A stretch of 64,000 nt of DNA from Neophaeotheca triangularis. Lineage: Eukaryota. A model generated the notes under the pieces. That model saw only the letters and a program-made list of their open reading frames with translations, did no database searches and was not told where the DNA came from. Location: positions 1-64,000 of the forward strand of contig BAAIJX010000055.1 in NCBI GenBank assembly GCA_054600435.1, in the 5' to 3' direction. The position numbers and the translations under genes are program-made. Below, one piece after another: positions 46,634-58,620 of the stretch (position 1 is its first letter; each line of letters opens with the position of its first letter).

Positions 46634-48994
46634 ATGTACAGGCACCATGAAGACGCCAGGGAAGGCACAGAACCTAACTTTGCACTCTCGGCTGGGTCTG
46701 CCCACTCCGTCTTTCCACTGCCGTCCCAATTTCCTTCGCCAATCTTCGGCGTCGATCAACATGCGCATGCTAGTCCACAGCAGTTGCAACCTTTGGCGCA
46801 CATGGTTACCCGTCAGTCACCGCGTAGTAGACTTGCTACCAGCCAAACATTTCCCCCTCTCGAAACGAACAAGATGCCGCCACCGGCGAGTTCCTCCCCA
46901 CAGCAATCCAGTGTTGCGATATCGAACAAGAGTGCCTCGCCTTTTGTGCCCAGGGATCGCGGTCTTCCACCAATTAGCGCTGTTACGGATCTGGAGTCTC
47001 TGACAAATGCTTATGTAGCTTTTATTCTGTATTGCAATCCACAATTCTCCCTCAACGTCGATGCTTCAACCCTTAGGACGAGCTTCCAGACACCACCGAA
47101 GAGCGACAACAAGGAATTTGACACTTATCATCTCTACGAGTTAATCGAAATGCTAGACTCCAAGGAGATCAAGACTTGGGGTCAGCTTGCCCTTGATCTA
47201 GGTGTCGAGGCTCCTGATATGAATAAAGGTCAATCAGTTCAGAAGGTTCAGCAATATACTGTTCGCTTAAAGCGATGGCTCAACGCGATGCACATCAACG
47301 CTTTCTTCGATTATCTTCTGGGAAAGGACCATCCTTACTTTGTCGACATACCAACGCCAAGCGAGCCTTACCCAGCTGGAGGGAGAGACGATGTATTACC
47401 AGAAGGAGACCTTGCTCTTCGAGCTCTTGACCCGACGCTACGACCCAAGCGTGGTCGGCGACGCAACTCCGTGGTAGAAGCAGAAGAGACCGAGCAACAG
47501 TCCACCGTCCCGAACTCGACTGTACCGCAGAGTGCACATCCAGACTCTTTTGTAGAACCTTGGACCGCAGCATCGGTGGCCAACTCGAACAGCTTCCATT
47601 CCTGGGGAGAACATCCAAACGTACCGCAGAGTGCTGTGCCGAGTACGACTTCCAGTCATCAACGTTGGAGGCTTCACGGCCCGTCCAACGATGCATCAAC
47701 ACCTCACCCAATGACTGCTCATCCTGGCTCAAGCTCCATAAGAGATCACATCGACGCTGCCTTCGACGCTGCAGACAACCGGACGGCATCTTCAAATCCT
47801 CGAAAGCGAAGGCGCAATGGTCCAACGGTTTCCAGTGCTTGGACATCCGGGAACGCACCTGGCAGCAGGCCAAGAGGAAGACCGCCGGCACATCGGGGTG
47901 TACAGGACGGTGCTTTTGGTACTTTCCATGCCGATCCGAGCCATGCCAAGAATGTTTCACAGTTTACTGTTCGTCAGCCCCCTGAAAAACCACTGCAAGC
48001 TGAGTCGGGAGCACAAGCAGCGCCGCCTTTGACGCAGCGCCACAGCGACAGTACGAGCCGGCCTCACAGACTGTCGCTGCAGGTACCACAGCACACAGGG
48101 GGCACCGTACGACTAGCCACCCCTCCCCAAGTTCTCCTTAACGGAGAAGCCAACAATAACGCCAATGAAAGCGTGAGCTCCGAACAGACTCCTCTGACAG
48201 AACAAGCCCCGCCCACTCAGCAACTACCAGACCAGCTATCTCAGTCTCGGAACAGAGTCATGCTCCCTTCTCAACGCGAAGTACCCGGCTTTGCCTACGA
48301 AGCCCTCAAACGCATCCTTACCTCCGACCTCCTGCGAGCCCACCTTTCCAACCGCACTTGCCGCCTGACCGGCGAAGACAGCAAACAATTAGCAGAAGTC
48401 ATTTTGACACGCCTCGCCGTACCACGCATCGACACAGACAGCCCTCGGGACGATATCGCACGCCTAACCGCAGCTTCCTGGCTCGGCTTAGGCGGCCACC
48501 TAAACGTTCCCCTAGGACCGGCCACGAGTTCGGGAAAACGTATCGTGGCTACGAAATTCTGTACCGATGCTGAGGGGTATGAGGAGATCGTGGCGCCGGA
48601 TTATGATGGCGGAGGCGAGACTAGGGAGACTTTTGACGTCAGTTGGAGTGCTGTGCAGGGGAGTTGCAATGGGACCTTTGAATTGAAGGGGCTTTGTCTG
48701 GGCGACGTGTCGAGAGCGGTCGTTGAGGACACGCATGATGCATTACTTAGGAATGCCTTAGCCCGGGCGGAAGGAGTTGAAGTTGGCGAGGATAACTGGT
48801 TGAGGGCTTGCATGAGGGAGGTCGGGGAGAGCAGGGAAACGGGGGGGAGGGGTAGGGTCGCTGAAGGTGGAGATAAGGCTGTCGACTGGAAGGCCAAGTA
48901 TCTGGCTCTTGAGTTTGGGACCAGGTTGGCTAAAGGGGAGCTGGAGAGAGTCAAGGAGAGATTGCTGGAGAAGGTCCTGGATGCCGTGATCTGA
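46634..48994 (+). CDS. abp2: ARS-binding protein 2 (Abp2)-domain protein with AT-hook-like motifs, 786 aa
   Basis: LTNAYVAFILYCNP, FQTPPKSDNKEF, WGQLALDLGVEAPD, QSVQKVQQYTVRLKRWLNAMHINAFFDYLLG; basic motifs RPKRGRRR and RPRGRPP. Confidence 0.85.
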   Translation: MYRHHEDAREGTEPNFALSAGSAHSVFPLPSQFPSPIFGVDQHAHASPQQLQPLAHMVTRQSPRSRLATSQTFPPLETNKMPPPASSSPQQSSVAISNKSASPFVPRDRGLPPISAVTDLESLTNAYVAFILYCNPQFSLNVDASTLRTSFQTPPKSDNKEFDTYHLYELIEMLDSKEIKTWGQLALDLGVEAPDMNKGQSVQKVQQYTVRLKRWLNAMHINAFFDYLLGKDHPYFVDIPTPSEPYPAGGRDDVLPEGDLALRALDPTLRPKRGRRRNSVVEAEETEQQSTVPNSTVPQSAHPDSFVEPWTAASVANSNSFHSWGEHPNVPQSAVPSTTSSHQRWRLHGPSNDASTPHPMTAHPGSSSIRDHIDAAFDAADNRTASSNPRKRRRNGPTVSSAWTSGNAPGSRPRGRPPAHRGVQDGAFGTFHADPSHAKNVSQFTVRQPPEKPLQAESGAQAAPPLTQRHSDSTSRPHRLSLQVPQHTGGTVRLATPPQVLLNGEANNNANESVSSEQTPLTEQAPPTQQLPDQLSQSRNRVMLPSQREVPGFAYEALKRILTSDLLRAHLSNRTCRLTGEDSKQLAEVILTRLAVPRIDTDSPRDDIARLTAASWLGLGGHLNVPLGPATSSGKRIVATKFCTDAEGYEEIVAPDYDGGGETRETFDVSWSAVQGSCNGTFELKGLCLGDVSRAVVEDTHDALLRNALARAEGVEVGEDNWLRACMREVGESRETGGRGRVAEGGDKAVDWKAKYLALEFGTRLAKGELERVKERLLEKVLDAVI

Positions 48995-49476
48995 TATGAT
49001 ATGATACCCAATCGTGTAATTCTGTGCAGGACGAGGATAAGGGGGATTGTTCTCATTCCTGCAGGTGCCCATGTGGTGGGTGAGGTGAGGTGAGGTGAGG
49101 TTGAAAGAAGGTGCATGGGCCGGCGCTAAAGCACCTTCCCACGTGGATGAGATGTTGCTTCAGGAAAGGACGCTCTCATGCCTTCCTGCACAGTTGAGTG
49201 CAATTTCCGATGCCCACCTCACCGTATTTCCATGACCTTCCCTTCCTTCCCTTCCCTTCTCGCTCAACCTCGTCTTCTGTTCCTCTTCCACCTCTCTCTC
49301 CAACATATCGCGCCATCCTCTCCAACCTTTCGGCGTCTTCTCCAACTTGCTGGCATCTTAGTTTCGTGCGGCATATAGGAGTACGCAGTGCTAGGAGCGC
49401 CTCTGCTTCGATTCCCCATTTGCGCGCCGCAACATCCACCTCTCACCCTCATCCACCCCTCTTTCACATCGCCAAG

Positions 49477-51816
49477 ATGAACAACACCAGCTTCTCAGCC
49501 TCGCCCAAGAAGGCGTCGCTGAGCTTCACCATCCATGAAGACGAGCAATCACCAAGCGAACACCAGGTATGGGCGAATGTCCCTCTAGTCTCTCCAAGGC
49601 CTTGCTCACTAAACCTCCCATCACAGCGCAGTGGCGTCCTCAAGCGCAATTTCAGCGCCATGCCTCTGCCACTCGGCAAGTCCAAGCATGTCAACAAGGC
49701 AGTTGCCAGAGACCGTGAAGGCTCTGAAGTAAGTAAACGCTTTCACATCTCCAATTCAGCTCCCTCTCTTACGCTACTTACTCCTTCGAAGAAAGAGAAC
49801 ATGGAGCCAATGGAAGAGCTCATGGCCAAGCTCGCTCATCAGCAGAAACAACTCAACCGTACTCAGCAGATGCTCGCCGCTCGCAACGACGACAATTCTT
49901 CCACCGTCACCGACCCCTTCGCCGGCACGCCACCTACCGAATCCAACACGTCTGATGGCCGCCCTGATGCCGCTGAGGTGTTCAAGCTCAAGAAGGAGCT
50001 GGAGATTGCTACCAACCGCCTCGCTCAGATGGATCTGGAGTTGGAGCAGTCGCGCATCACCAAACACACCGTCGAGCAAGCAATCGGATCTCCTTTCCCT
50101 GCCGCTCAGCATCTCGCCTTCAACATCAACAACCTCCAGCCTACTCGCGATAACACCCCTTTTGATATGTCTATGGGTGGTATGCAGGCCAGTGGCATGG
50201 CGGATAGGATCGGCACCTACAACTTGGCTCGCCCTCAGCCCCCGTCCCGTCTTGCCACGCCCTTTGAGGGTTTTGCAGCTCAGCAGAATTTTGCTCATCG
50301 TGCCAACACCGGCTACGGTCAACGTCAGGGCAACTTGGCGCCGGGCTTTGTTCCTCAGATGAGCTCTTTTGGCGGTCAGGCTCCATTCGGAATGGCGCAG
50401 ACTGCTCATTACGTTCAACCCACTCCCGTCGGCACCAGACTGTCGCCAACCGCTACTGAGTTCAACGTCATCCCCCAGATGGGTGATGCTCCACCGGGCA
50501 TTAGTCCCTTCATCCAAGCTTTGAACGCCAACCAGCCACTGAACTATCGCCGACTCCTCGAGCGCAACATGAGCTGCAACTGGAAGTTCATCGTCGACAA
50601 AATTGTCTGCAACAACGACCAGCAAGCGTCCATCTTCCTTCAACAGAAGCTCAAGGTCGGTACGATCGAGCAGAAGTTTGATATCATCCAGTCCATCATC
50701 GAGCAAGCTTACCCTCTCTGCGTCAACCGCTTTGGCAACTTTCTTGTTCAACGCTGCTTCGAGCATGGTACTCCTGAGCAGATCATCGCCATCGCCCGTG
50801 CTATTCGAGGCAACACCCTCAATCTCAGCATGGATGCCTTTGGCTGCCACGTCGTCCAGAAGGCCTTCGATTATGTGCCGGAGGAGTACAAGGCTATCAT
50901 GGTTCATGAGCTTCTGCGCCGCATCCCTGAGACCGTCATTCACCGCTATGCTTGCCACGTTTGGCAGAAGCTGTTCGAGCTGCGCTGGCGCGATGAGCCT
51001 CCACAAATCATGCGCTACGTCAACGAAGCTCTCCGTGGTATGTGGCACGAGGTTGCACTTGGCGAGACCGGCAGTTTGGTTGTCCAGAACATCTTCGAGA
51101 ATTGCTTGGAGGAGGACAAGCGCCCATGCATCAACGAGGTGCTTGGCAGCATCGATGTTGTCGCCCACGGCCAGTTCGGCAACTGGTGCATCCAGCACAT
51201 CTGCGAGCACGGCTCTAACAACGACCGTACCCGCGCGCTCGATCACATCCTTCGCTTCGCGACAGAGTACAGCACGGATCAGTTCGCTTCCAAGGTGGTT
51301 GAGAAGTGCCTCAAGACTGCTGGAACTGATTTTCTGGACCGCTACCTTGACGTCATCTGCCAGTCCCGCGTCGATCGTCCCCGTATGCCTCTCATCGACA
51401 TCTCTAGCGACCAGTACGGCAACTACCTTATCCAGTACGTCCTCACCAACGCCGATGCCGAGCGTCGTGAGATCATCGCTTCGCACATTCGCAAGCACAT
51501 GGTCTCCCTTCGTGGATCCAAGTACGGCCAGCGTGTCGCTATGCTCTGCTCCAACCCGTCCATGGCCACTCGTCCAGGACCTGTCACTGGCTTTCCCGGG
51601 AGTCGCAACGCTGGAGCTTTTGCTGGAGTCAATAGCCTCAACGAGCGCTTCAATCAAGGTGTGATGGGCCGCTCTTTGCCTCCAGTTGGTCGTCACAACG
51701 TCGGCATGGATGGCATCGGCGGTATGATGGGGGGCATGGGTGGCATGGGAGTCATGGGGGGTATGGCTCCGAACATGGGCTACCCAGCAGGCTTCGGCGG
51801 TCCTCACCGCGGTTGA
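49477..51816 (+). CDS. Pumilio/PUF RNA-binding protein with 8 repeats (Mpf1/Puf8-like); probable in-frame introns 49567-49626 and 49729-49791
   Basis: PLNYRRLL...DQQASIFLQQKLK, NRFGNFLVQRCFE, DAFGCHVVQKAF, HRYACHVWQKLF, GETGSLVVQNIFE, GQFGNWCIQH, DQFASKVVEK, DQYGNYLIQ, followed by a Gly/Met-rich C-terminal tail. Confidence 0.93.
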   Translation: MNNTSFSASPKKASLSFTIHEDEQSPSEHQVWANVPLVSPRPCSLNLPSQRSGVLKRNFSAMPLPLGKSKHVNKAVARDREGSEVSKRFHISNSAPSLTLLTPSKKENMEPMEELMAKLAHQQKQLNRTQQMLAARNDDNSSTVTDPFAGTPPTESNTSDGRPDAAEVFKLKKELEIATNRLAQMDLELEQSRITKHTVEQAIGSPFPAAQHLAFNINNLQPTRDNTPFDMSMGGMQASGMADRIGTYNLARPQPPSRLATPFEGFAAQQNFAHRANTGYGQRQGNLAPGFVPQMSSFGGQAPFGMAQTAHYVQPTPVGTRLSPTATEFNVIPQMGDAPPGISPFIQALNANQPLNYRRLLERNMSCNWKFIVDKIVCNNDQQASIFLQQKLKVGTIEQKFDIIQSIIEQAYPLCVNRFGNFLVQRCFEHGTPEQIIAIARAIRGNTLNLSMDAFGCHVVQKAFDYVPEEYKAIMVHELLRRIPETVIHRYACHVWQKLFELRWRDEPPQIMRYVNEALRGMWHEVALGETGSLVVQNIFENCLEEDKRPCINEVLGSIDVVAHGQFGNWCIQHICEHGSNNDRTRALDHILRFATEYSTDQFASKVVEKCLKTAGTDFLDRYLDVICQSRVDRPRMPLIDISSDQYGNYLIQYVLTNADAERREIIASHIRKHMVSLRGSKYGQRVAMLCSNPSMATRPGPVTGFPGSRNAGAFAGVNSLNERFNQGVMGRSLPPVGRHNVGMDGIGGMMGGMGGMGVMGGMAPNMGYPAGFGGPHRG

Positions 51817-52692
51817 TTCTCGCCGTCAACAACCACAAAGATTTTGCTCACACATCGACATCTATGCAAGAGTACAGCCTGTGCCGCGGCTTTCTTACCC
51901 TCGCTCCTCGCCAAACATCTTACAAGAGGGGCAGGATCACACTTACCCGATGCATGTCGACTTCATTTCTCGCACCTACTACCAACCCGATCCGACGTCT
52001 TTCCATGGGAGCAATCTATGCTGGATGTGTTTACTCGGAGCTCCTCGCTGTCTAACACCAATACTAACGCTGCCTGACCTGTAACAAGGCACAGCTTTTG
52101 GATTGGCAGGACGAAATGGTTCATCCTCATCAAGCAAAAGGCCGGAGGATTCGCAGGCGGTCCTTCCGATCCAACACATCTGCGGCATGGAAATGGATTT
52201 AACATGTTTCGAGCGTGGTTCTTTCTGTTTTTCTTCTAAATCTTTTAATCGGCGGGATATGATTCATGGGCGGTGATAATTCTAATGGCACCTTGTGGTG
52301 GTTTTCTTTGCGTGTCCTGCGATAATTTAAGTTGTAGTCGTATTGAAGAAACAATTTGCACGGATTTGATTTGCTTGCAATATCCATGGACTGTTTTGAT
52401 CATAGTACATAGTAATAATGTTGACGGTCCTTTCCAACCAGCTCGATCGACACACTACTATCGCCCTGCCCGCCACCAGCCGTCCTCGGCAAGCTGCCCA
52501 ACAACAGCCGACGTCAGGTCCCTCTTCACACCACGTAATGTAACTTGGAGCGGTCTAGCCAATTAATTTCCTATCCACAAACCGCATGCATCACAACCAC
52601 GCGTGACCGCCCGCTGTCGCTTTCGTACAAACTACGTACCTCGACGGGTTTCAAGCAAGCCCACCGCGTACCACGTCCCTCCCCATCGAAAG

Positions 52693-55374
52693 ATGGCAAG
52701 CTCCCCGCCCAACAACACCGGCACCTCGCCGTCCCGCCCAACGCAACAATCTCGACAATTCACCGCCCCCTCGGTCATGACCATGAACGGCCATTTCGGC
52801 AGCGCGACCGATGCGCCCACCAGAGAGAGTTTCGAGCATGGCTGCCAGGTCATCGACGAGGACAAGCACTTCAACGCCAACTTGCCCGCCTACCTGCAAC
52901 TCGAAGACATTACGCGCTCGGGTTTCAACTACCATTTGATCAGCGTCTTCGGCAGCCAGAGCACGGGCAAAAGCACGCTATTGAATGCGCTCTTCGGCAC
53001 GCAGTTTGGTGTCATGAGCGAGCGCGAGCGTCGGCAAACTACCAAGGGTATCTGGATGAGCAAGAACAAAAATGTGGATGGTGAGGGGAATAAGAAGATG
53101 GCGGAGAACATTCTCGTCATGGATGTTGAAGGCACGGATGGGAGGGAGCGCGGCGAGGACCAGGATTTTGAGCGCAAGAGCGCGCTGTTTGCTCTTGCGA
53201 CGAGCGAGGTGCTGATTGTGAATATTTGGGAGCATCAGGTGGGGTTGTATCAGGGGGCGAATATGGGGCTTTTGAAGACGGTCTTTGAGGTCAATTTACA
53301 GTTGTTCTTGAAGGATGCCAAGAGCGTGCCGCGGTCGCTGTTGTTTTTTGTCATCAGGGACCATTTGGGTACGACGCCGTTGGAGAATTTGCGGGAGACG
53401 CTCATGCAGGATTTGTCGCGGATATGGAGTACGCTGAACAAGCCGCCGGGGTTGGAGAAGAGTAGAATTGAGGACTATTTTGATTTCGCGTTTGTGGCGC
53501 TGCCGCACAAGGTTTTGCAGCCGGAGAAGTTTGAGAGCGAGGTTAAGAAATTGGGCACGAGGTTTAGGGAGGGTTACAAGGATCCCAAGCGGACTGGGTT
53601 GGTGTTGGATGAGCAGGCGGAGCCGATATTGCTTCCAGAATACCACCGACGGATTCCTGCGGATGGGTTTCCGATGTATGCGAATGGCGTGTGGGAGCAG
53701 ATTGATAGCAACAAGGATTTGGATCTGCCAACTCAGCAGGAGCTTTTGGCTCAATTTCGGTGCGACGAGATTAGCAAGGAGGTCTTGGTGGCGTTTGATG
53801 CGATTATCACGCCGTTTGAGGAGAGACAGGCTGAAGCAGTGGCTAATGGGAAGCCTGGCGTGCTGGATGGTCTGGGCAAGGCGATGACTACAGCCCGGGA
53901 AACGGTGCTCAAGGACTTTGAGACAGAGGCGAGCAGATATCACAAGGGGGTTTTCAAGGCTAAGCAGACTGAACTAGCAGGCAAAGTCGACAGTCGATTG
54001 AAATCGCTCTTCACGAGTCAGCTCAGTGGTGCGCACAAGTCTGGTGTAGCAGAATTCAGCGAGGCCGTCAGTGGTGCCGTTAAACTTGGACAGAAGAAGG
54101 GCGGCAACTATGACTTCCAAACCATTGTCACAACCGAGAAGAAGAACGCTCTAGACAAATTCGAGCGAGAAGCAAAAGGCTCGCTCATTCAAGGGACTCC
54201 ATGGAGCGATTACAGCCAGCAACTGAACCTCTACCGCAAGGACCTAGAGGAGGTCTCTGCACGTCTCAGAAGAGAGGAAATGCGCCGTCTGGCCTCTCGC
54301 TCCGAACGTTGGGTCAAAGCCCGCCTGTCCGAGAGCGTCGGCCTCGAATTCAATAAACTCGGCTCCGGTCGTGCAGGCGACCGCGCACCAGCAGAAGGCA
54401 CCCAACCGACAGAAAAAGACCTCTGGGACCGCGTCTGGAACGTCTTCACCGACACAGTCGCGCAAGCCGAAACCCGCTTCACCGACCGCGCCCGCTCCTT
54501 CGACGCCTCCCCGGAAGAAGTCGAAGTGGGACTCTGGCGCCTCCGCCGCAAATCCTGGGCGGTGCTGCGCGCCAAAATCGACGAGGAAATTATGGAGGGC
54601 AACCTCCTGCTCAAGCTACGCGAAAACTTCGAAGACAAGTTCCGCTACGACGAGGACGGCGTGCCCCGCATCTGGCGCCCGACGGACGATATCGAGCGCC
54701 TCTACACGCGCGCCCGCGAGTCCACGCTCGAGCTCATCCCACTCCTCTCCCGCTTCCACCTCTCCCGCACTTCGGCGCCCCCACCTCTCGACGCCTGGAT
54801 CGGCGCCCCGCCCGCCTCCACTTCCCCCGACGACGAAGAAGACATGCCCCCCATCGGCGGCGTCGACGCGGACGACACGCGTTCTCTCGCCGAAGAAACC
54901 ACTCTGATCCCACCCCCGCGCCAAGCAGACCTAACCACTCGATTCAAAAAAACCGCCGACGGCGTCTACGTCGAAGCCAAACGCAGCGCCATCGGCGGCG
55001 TCACCCAAGTCCCGCTCTACTTCTACGGCCTCCTGCTCGCCCTCGGCTGGAACGAAATCGTAACCGTGCTGCGCAATCCCGTCTACTTCATCCTGTTGAT
55101 CCTGACCGGTGTGGCCGCTTACGTGACTTGGACACTCAATCTGTGGGGTCCGATGCTCAGAATGGGCAACGCGGCTTCTGCGCAGGGGGTCGAGATTTTT
55201 CGCGAGAAGCTGAGGGGGTTTTTGGAGGGCAGTGAGGTGGGGAGGGAGGCTATCGGGTTGAGCCAGCGGGGGAGTGGGGGTGGTGGAGGCAGTTATGAAA
55301 TGGAGGGTTTGTCCAAGGAGAGGGGGAATGGGTCCGCGGGCAAGAGGGAGGAGGAGGACGTTGATGAGATATGA
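52693..55374 (+). CDS. SEY1: Sey1/RHD3 atlastin-like ER-fusion GTPase, intronless
   Basis: [89 protein letters not shown], and two TM segments around LGWNE. Confidence 0.98.
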   Translation: MASSPPNNTGTSPSRPTQQSRQFTAPSVMTMNGHFGSATDAPTRESFEHGCQVIDEDKHFNANLPAYLQLEDITRSGFNYHLISVFGSQSTGKSTLLNALFGTQFGVMSERERRQTTKGIWMSKNKNVDGEGNKKMAENILVMDVEGTDGRERGEDQDFERKSALFALATSEVLIVNIWEHQVGLYQGANMGLLKTVFEVNLQLFLKDAKSVPRSLLFFVIRDHLGTTPLENLRETLMQDLSRIWSTLNKPPGLEKSRIEDYFDFAFVALPHKVLQPEKFESEVKKLGTRFREGYKDPKRTGLVLDEQAEPILLPEYHRRIPADGFPMYANGVWEQIDSNKDLDLPTQQELLAQFRCDEISKEVLVAFDAIITPFEERQAEAVANGKPGVLDGLGKAMTTARETVLKDFETEASRYHKGVFKAKQTELAGKVDSRLKSLFTSQLSGAHKSGVAEFSEAVSGAVKLGQKKGGNYDFQTIVTTEKKNALDKFEREAKGSLIQGTPWSDYSQQLNLYRKDLEEVSARLRREEMRRLASRSERWVKARLSESVGLEFNKLGSGRAGDRAPAEGTQPTEKDLWDRVWNVFTDTVAQAETRFTDRARSFDASPEEVEVGLWRLRRKSWAVLRAKIDEEIMEGNLLLKLRENFEDKFRYDEDGVPRIWRPTDDIERLYTRARESTLELIPLLSRFHLSRTSAPPPLDAWIGAPPASTSPDDEEDMPPIGGVDADDTRSLAEETTLIPPPRQADLTTRFKKTADGVYVEAKRSAIGGVTQVPLYFYGLLLALGWNEIVTVLRNPVYFILLILTGVAAYVTWTLNLWGPMLRMGNAASAQGVEIFREKLRGFLEGSEVGREAIGLSQRGSGGGGGSYEMEGLSKERGNGSAGKREEEDVDEI

Positions 55375-56014
55375 GATGGGGTTCGCCTTTGCTTTTGCTT
55401 TGAGGCTGCGTATACATTTGGCTTGGCATGGCGTGACCTGGGCGGCATGGGCGTGGAGCGTGGTTTTGGCGTGCTATTCTTTCACGAAACACAAAGTCTC
55501 CCTCGTTGACGAGCTGTTCTCTCGACTTTCCATCAATATGCGGTATCAAGTGGTGTGCTCTGCTCTTCTGTGCGTACTGGTCAAGATGACCGGTTCTCAG
55601 AAGACGAGAGCGCCTAGCAAGGGTCGAGAGCTGCAAGAAAATTATTCTCCCCCTCTTAGTACTGGATCCCTTGGCCATGAATTCAAAAGGCCAGGACGAA
55701 CTTCTTCTCGCCGCCAAGGGGTTCCCATCGCTCCAGCGCAAAAGCCAGCTCACTCAAAAAGCCCAAAATCCCCCACCAGCCGCGAAAAGCCTCCACATAA
55801 CTGTGAACACGAGCTCAGCATTAAAGAAAAGGAAAATTTTCATCCCGTAAAGGCTTTCATATAGAACATACACACACAGCCCCCCAAAACCCAATCCCAC
55901 CCATATATACGCAGAACCCCAGTGATCCATCCACAGCAGCCCGGCAAGCCAGGCTCCGCTTCACCCCAGCCGAGCCCAACACTCCCCCCGAACCCCATAT
56001 TGCCACGCTACCCC

Positions 56015-57876
56015 TCACCTCGACATCCCCCCACCGCTACCAATAGCCCCAGCCTTCCCGTCCCACCCCTGCCACGTCTCTTCCGCGCGCGTGCCCGCTT
56101 GCAAGCGTAGACTCGCGCCGGGCGAACTCGCCGCACTGCCTCTCGGGCTCCCGCCCCGGAACCCGCCGTTGGTGCTGATGGAGTCCGCGCTCAGGTAGCC
56201 AGAAGTGCCTGAAGGGTGGAAAGCGGAGGGGGCGTTGTGGTGGTTGCTGTTGAAGTAGTGTTGCGGGCTCGCGGTGTGGAGAGGGGGGTCGGCTTTCTTG
56301 GTGCTAGCGTCTGCGGAAGGCGTGGAGGGGTAGGAGGGTGGGTTGTTGAGAGCGGTGTTTAGGGGTAGGAGGGGGGTGGCGGTTTCGCCCAGGTGTTGGG
56401 CGCGGGTGTCGGCTTTCTCTTTGTCGTGGGTGCGATCGTAGAGGTAGAGGCCGAGGAAGGTGAGGGCGATGCCTAGGCCTTGAATGCGCGTCATGGGCAC
56501 ACCGAACCAGACGATTGCGAAGAGGATTACGACGACGCGTTTGATGAGTGAGGCGACGCTGTAGGTGACGGGGGAGACCATGCCGAGGAGGACGAAGGCT
56601 ACGAGGGATTGCAGGAAGTGGAAGACGCCGTTGAAGAGGAATTCAAGGGCGAGGCGGCCATGGTCGAGGGAGTTGGGGGAGTTGTGGTTGGGGAGCTCGA
56701 TGCTGGCGTCGGCGAGGAAGTCGGTGATGAGGGCCCAGCCTTCGCTCCAGAGCCAGATGGGGAAGGTGAAGAGTAGGGCTAGGGCAGAGGAGTAGCAGAG
56801 GAGGTTCAGTTTGTCGGGTTTTCGTAGGCGGAGTGGGACGGTGTTGTCAGCTTCGGCGCGGGCGGCTTCGTTGAAGATTTTCTTGGAGACGATGTTTTGG
56901 GTCACGAAGAGGATTGCGCTGCCGAAGGCGTAGGTTAGGCCGAGGACGTTGCCGCGGAAGTCGGCGGAGCAGGCCATGATTACGCCGAGGGTGAGGGGGA
57001 TTAGGGAGAGGTAGGTGGGGATGGAGTAGCGGATGGCGAGGAAGAAGCGGTAGGCGAAGACGGTCATGAGGGGGGAGAGGCCTTTGATGGTGTGTACGAG
57101 GGAGACGGGGATGGATTCCATGGCGTAGGAGTTTGTGATGTGGCCGCCGATTTGAAAGGCGGTCAGAGGGAGGGTGGCGGAGATGAGGTCGCGGTTGGGT
57201 TTACGGATGCCATTTTTTAGCACGGGTGCCCAGCTGCGGAGGGTGGCGTTGTGTTTGGCTGCGTGGGAGAGGATGACGCAGAGGGAGGAGACGAGGGCGA
57301 ATTGGACAATGGTAAGGGTGACGGGGTTTCTGAAGGCGGTCAAGATGGCTTTGGAGGAGGCGTTGGAGAGGATGGAGGTTGAGTACCAGACTGTACACAG
57401 AATCTACAAAGAGAGGAGCAAATGAACATCAGCAAATATGTCTGTGGACTTGATAAGACTATAGAATGGTGTGGGAAACGTACAAGCAGGCGCAAAGATA
57501 CTGGGGCCCGTAAGCTGGCCGCTATCTCGTGCGCATTCTCACTGACACTAGCTTTACGTGCTCTTATTGTGTGTATTGCCTCGCCCAAACTCTTTTGTCT
57601 GCCATGTCTGGTCGACGGCGCAGTTTCTGAGCGACTGCCCCATCTCCACGACTTCCTCGCCGGCCATCGTTGGCTGGAATGTAGACCTTGGGGGAGGCCA
57701 GAAGGTAGGGGTTTGGGACTCGGCCCGCGCGATATACCATCTAATATTGCCGAGGAATCTTCCGCGTGTATTTGCGACTGTTCTTGGCTAAAGTCTGGGA
57801 ATTTAAAGGTGGCCAGGTGGGGGGAGGATTGTCTGGAGGAGCGGGCGCGCTCTATGTTGGTCGCATGAAGGGCCAT
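56015..57876 (-). CDS. SLY41: Triose-phosphate-transporter (SLC35E) family ER-Golgi protein Sly41-like; exons 57876-57484, 57403-56015
   Basis: RQKSLGEAIHTIRAR..SVSENAHEIA, LCTVWYSTSILSNASSKAIL, PVTLTIVQF, IPVSLVHTIKGLSPL, DKLNLLCYSS and SPVTYSVASLIKRVVVI. Intron 57483-57404. Confidence 0.9.
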
Positions 57877-58197
57877 GGTGTGCGTGCTGTCGCAATTGCA
57901 AGGGTTGGAAGGGAAAAGCCCGGGTTTTGGTTATCTCGTCATGGTTCGGAGTGGTAAGAGGAGGTATAGTAGAGTAGCGACAGGCTGCGTCTTGTACGAC
58001 AAGAAGGCAGGGTAAGGTCCGGTAGGGTGTGCGAGTATAGGTAGTATGCTAAGGTAGCTTGGACAGTGGTATGCCTATACTCCGGTCGAGCAAGGTGTAA
58101 GTGTACAAGTAGTACCTAAAGGTAGGGAGGGGAGGTGAGGTGAGGTAGTTGCGCAAAGCACTTGAAGTGTCACCGTGGCAGGGGAGGGAGGTATTGT

Positions 58198-58200
<3 letters not shown>

Positions 58201-58242
<42 letters not shown>
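58201..58242. repeat. (GTA)14 microsatellite
   Basis: Perfect trinucleotide run in the divergent intergenic region between SLY41 and the hydrolase gene. Confidence 0.95.
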
Positions 58243-58620
58243 TTGGAAGTAGTAAGGTACTGTACGTCCGGTACCTGTACTTTTACAACATGCGGCTGAT
58301 GATTGCGCGGCCAATGATAATGTATTATTAAATGTCATATCCCTGGCGCTCCAGCTGCAAATTGATCCATTGGATGCCGCCCGTAAGCCAGCCCTCCCTC
58401 TCTCGGCAAACTTGGCCCGAAACAGACGGGACGTCTCATGTCGACCTCACCTCTCCAACACTACCTAAGTATACCTGGTATAGGTACTTACTCCCACTCC
58501 CCTTCCACTGCAATTGCCTGAAGGTGCCACTACCGACTTCATTAGGTATGCGGCAACGTGACAGCGTGGTATAGGGGTGGATTGTTGTAATACAACATAA
58601 GCAATCCTCTTGCTCCAACC

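Noticed and set aside
49774..51807. 677-aa antisense ORF opposite the PUF gene (likewise the long antisense ORFs over ape2, hookA, SEY1 and the LPMO)
   Set aside because: Shadow ORFs expected from strong C/G-ending codon bias on the sense strand; no motifs of their own.
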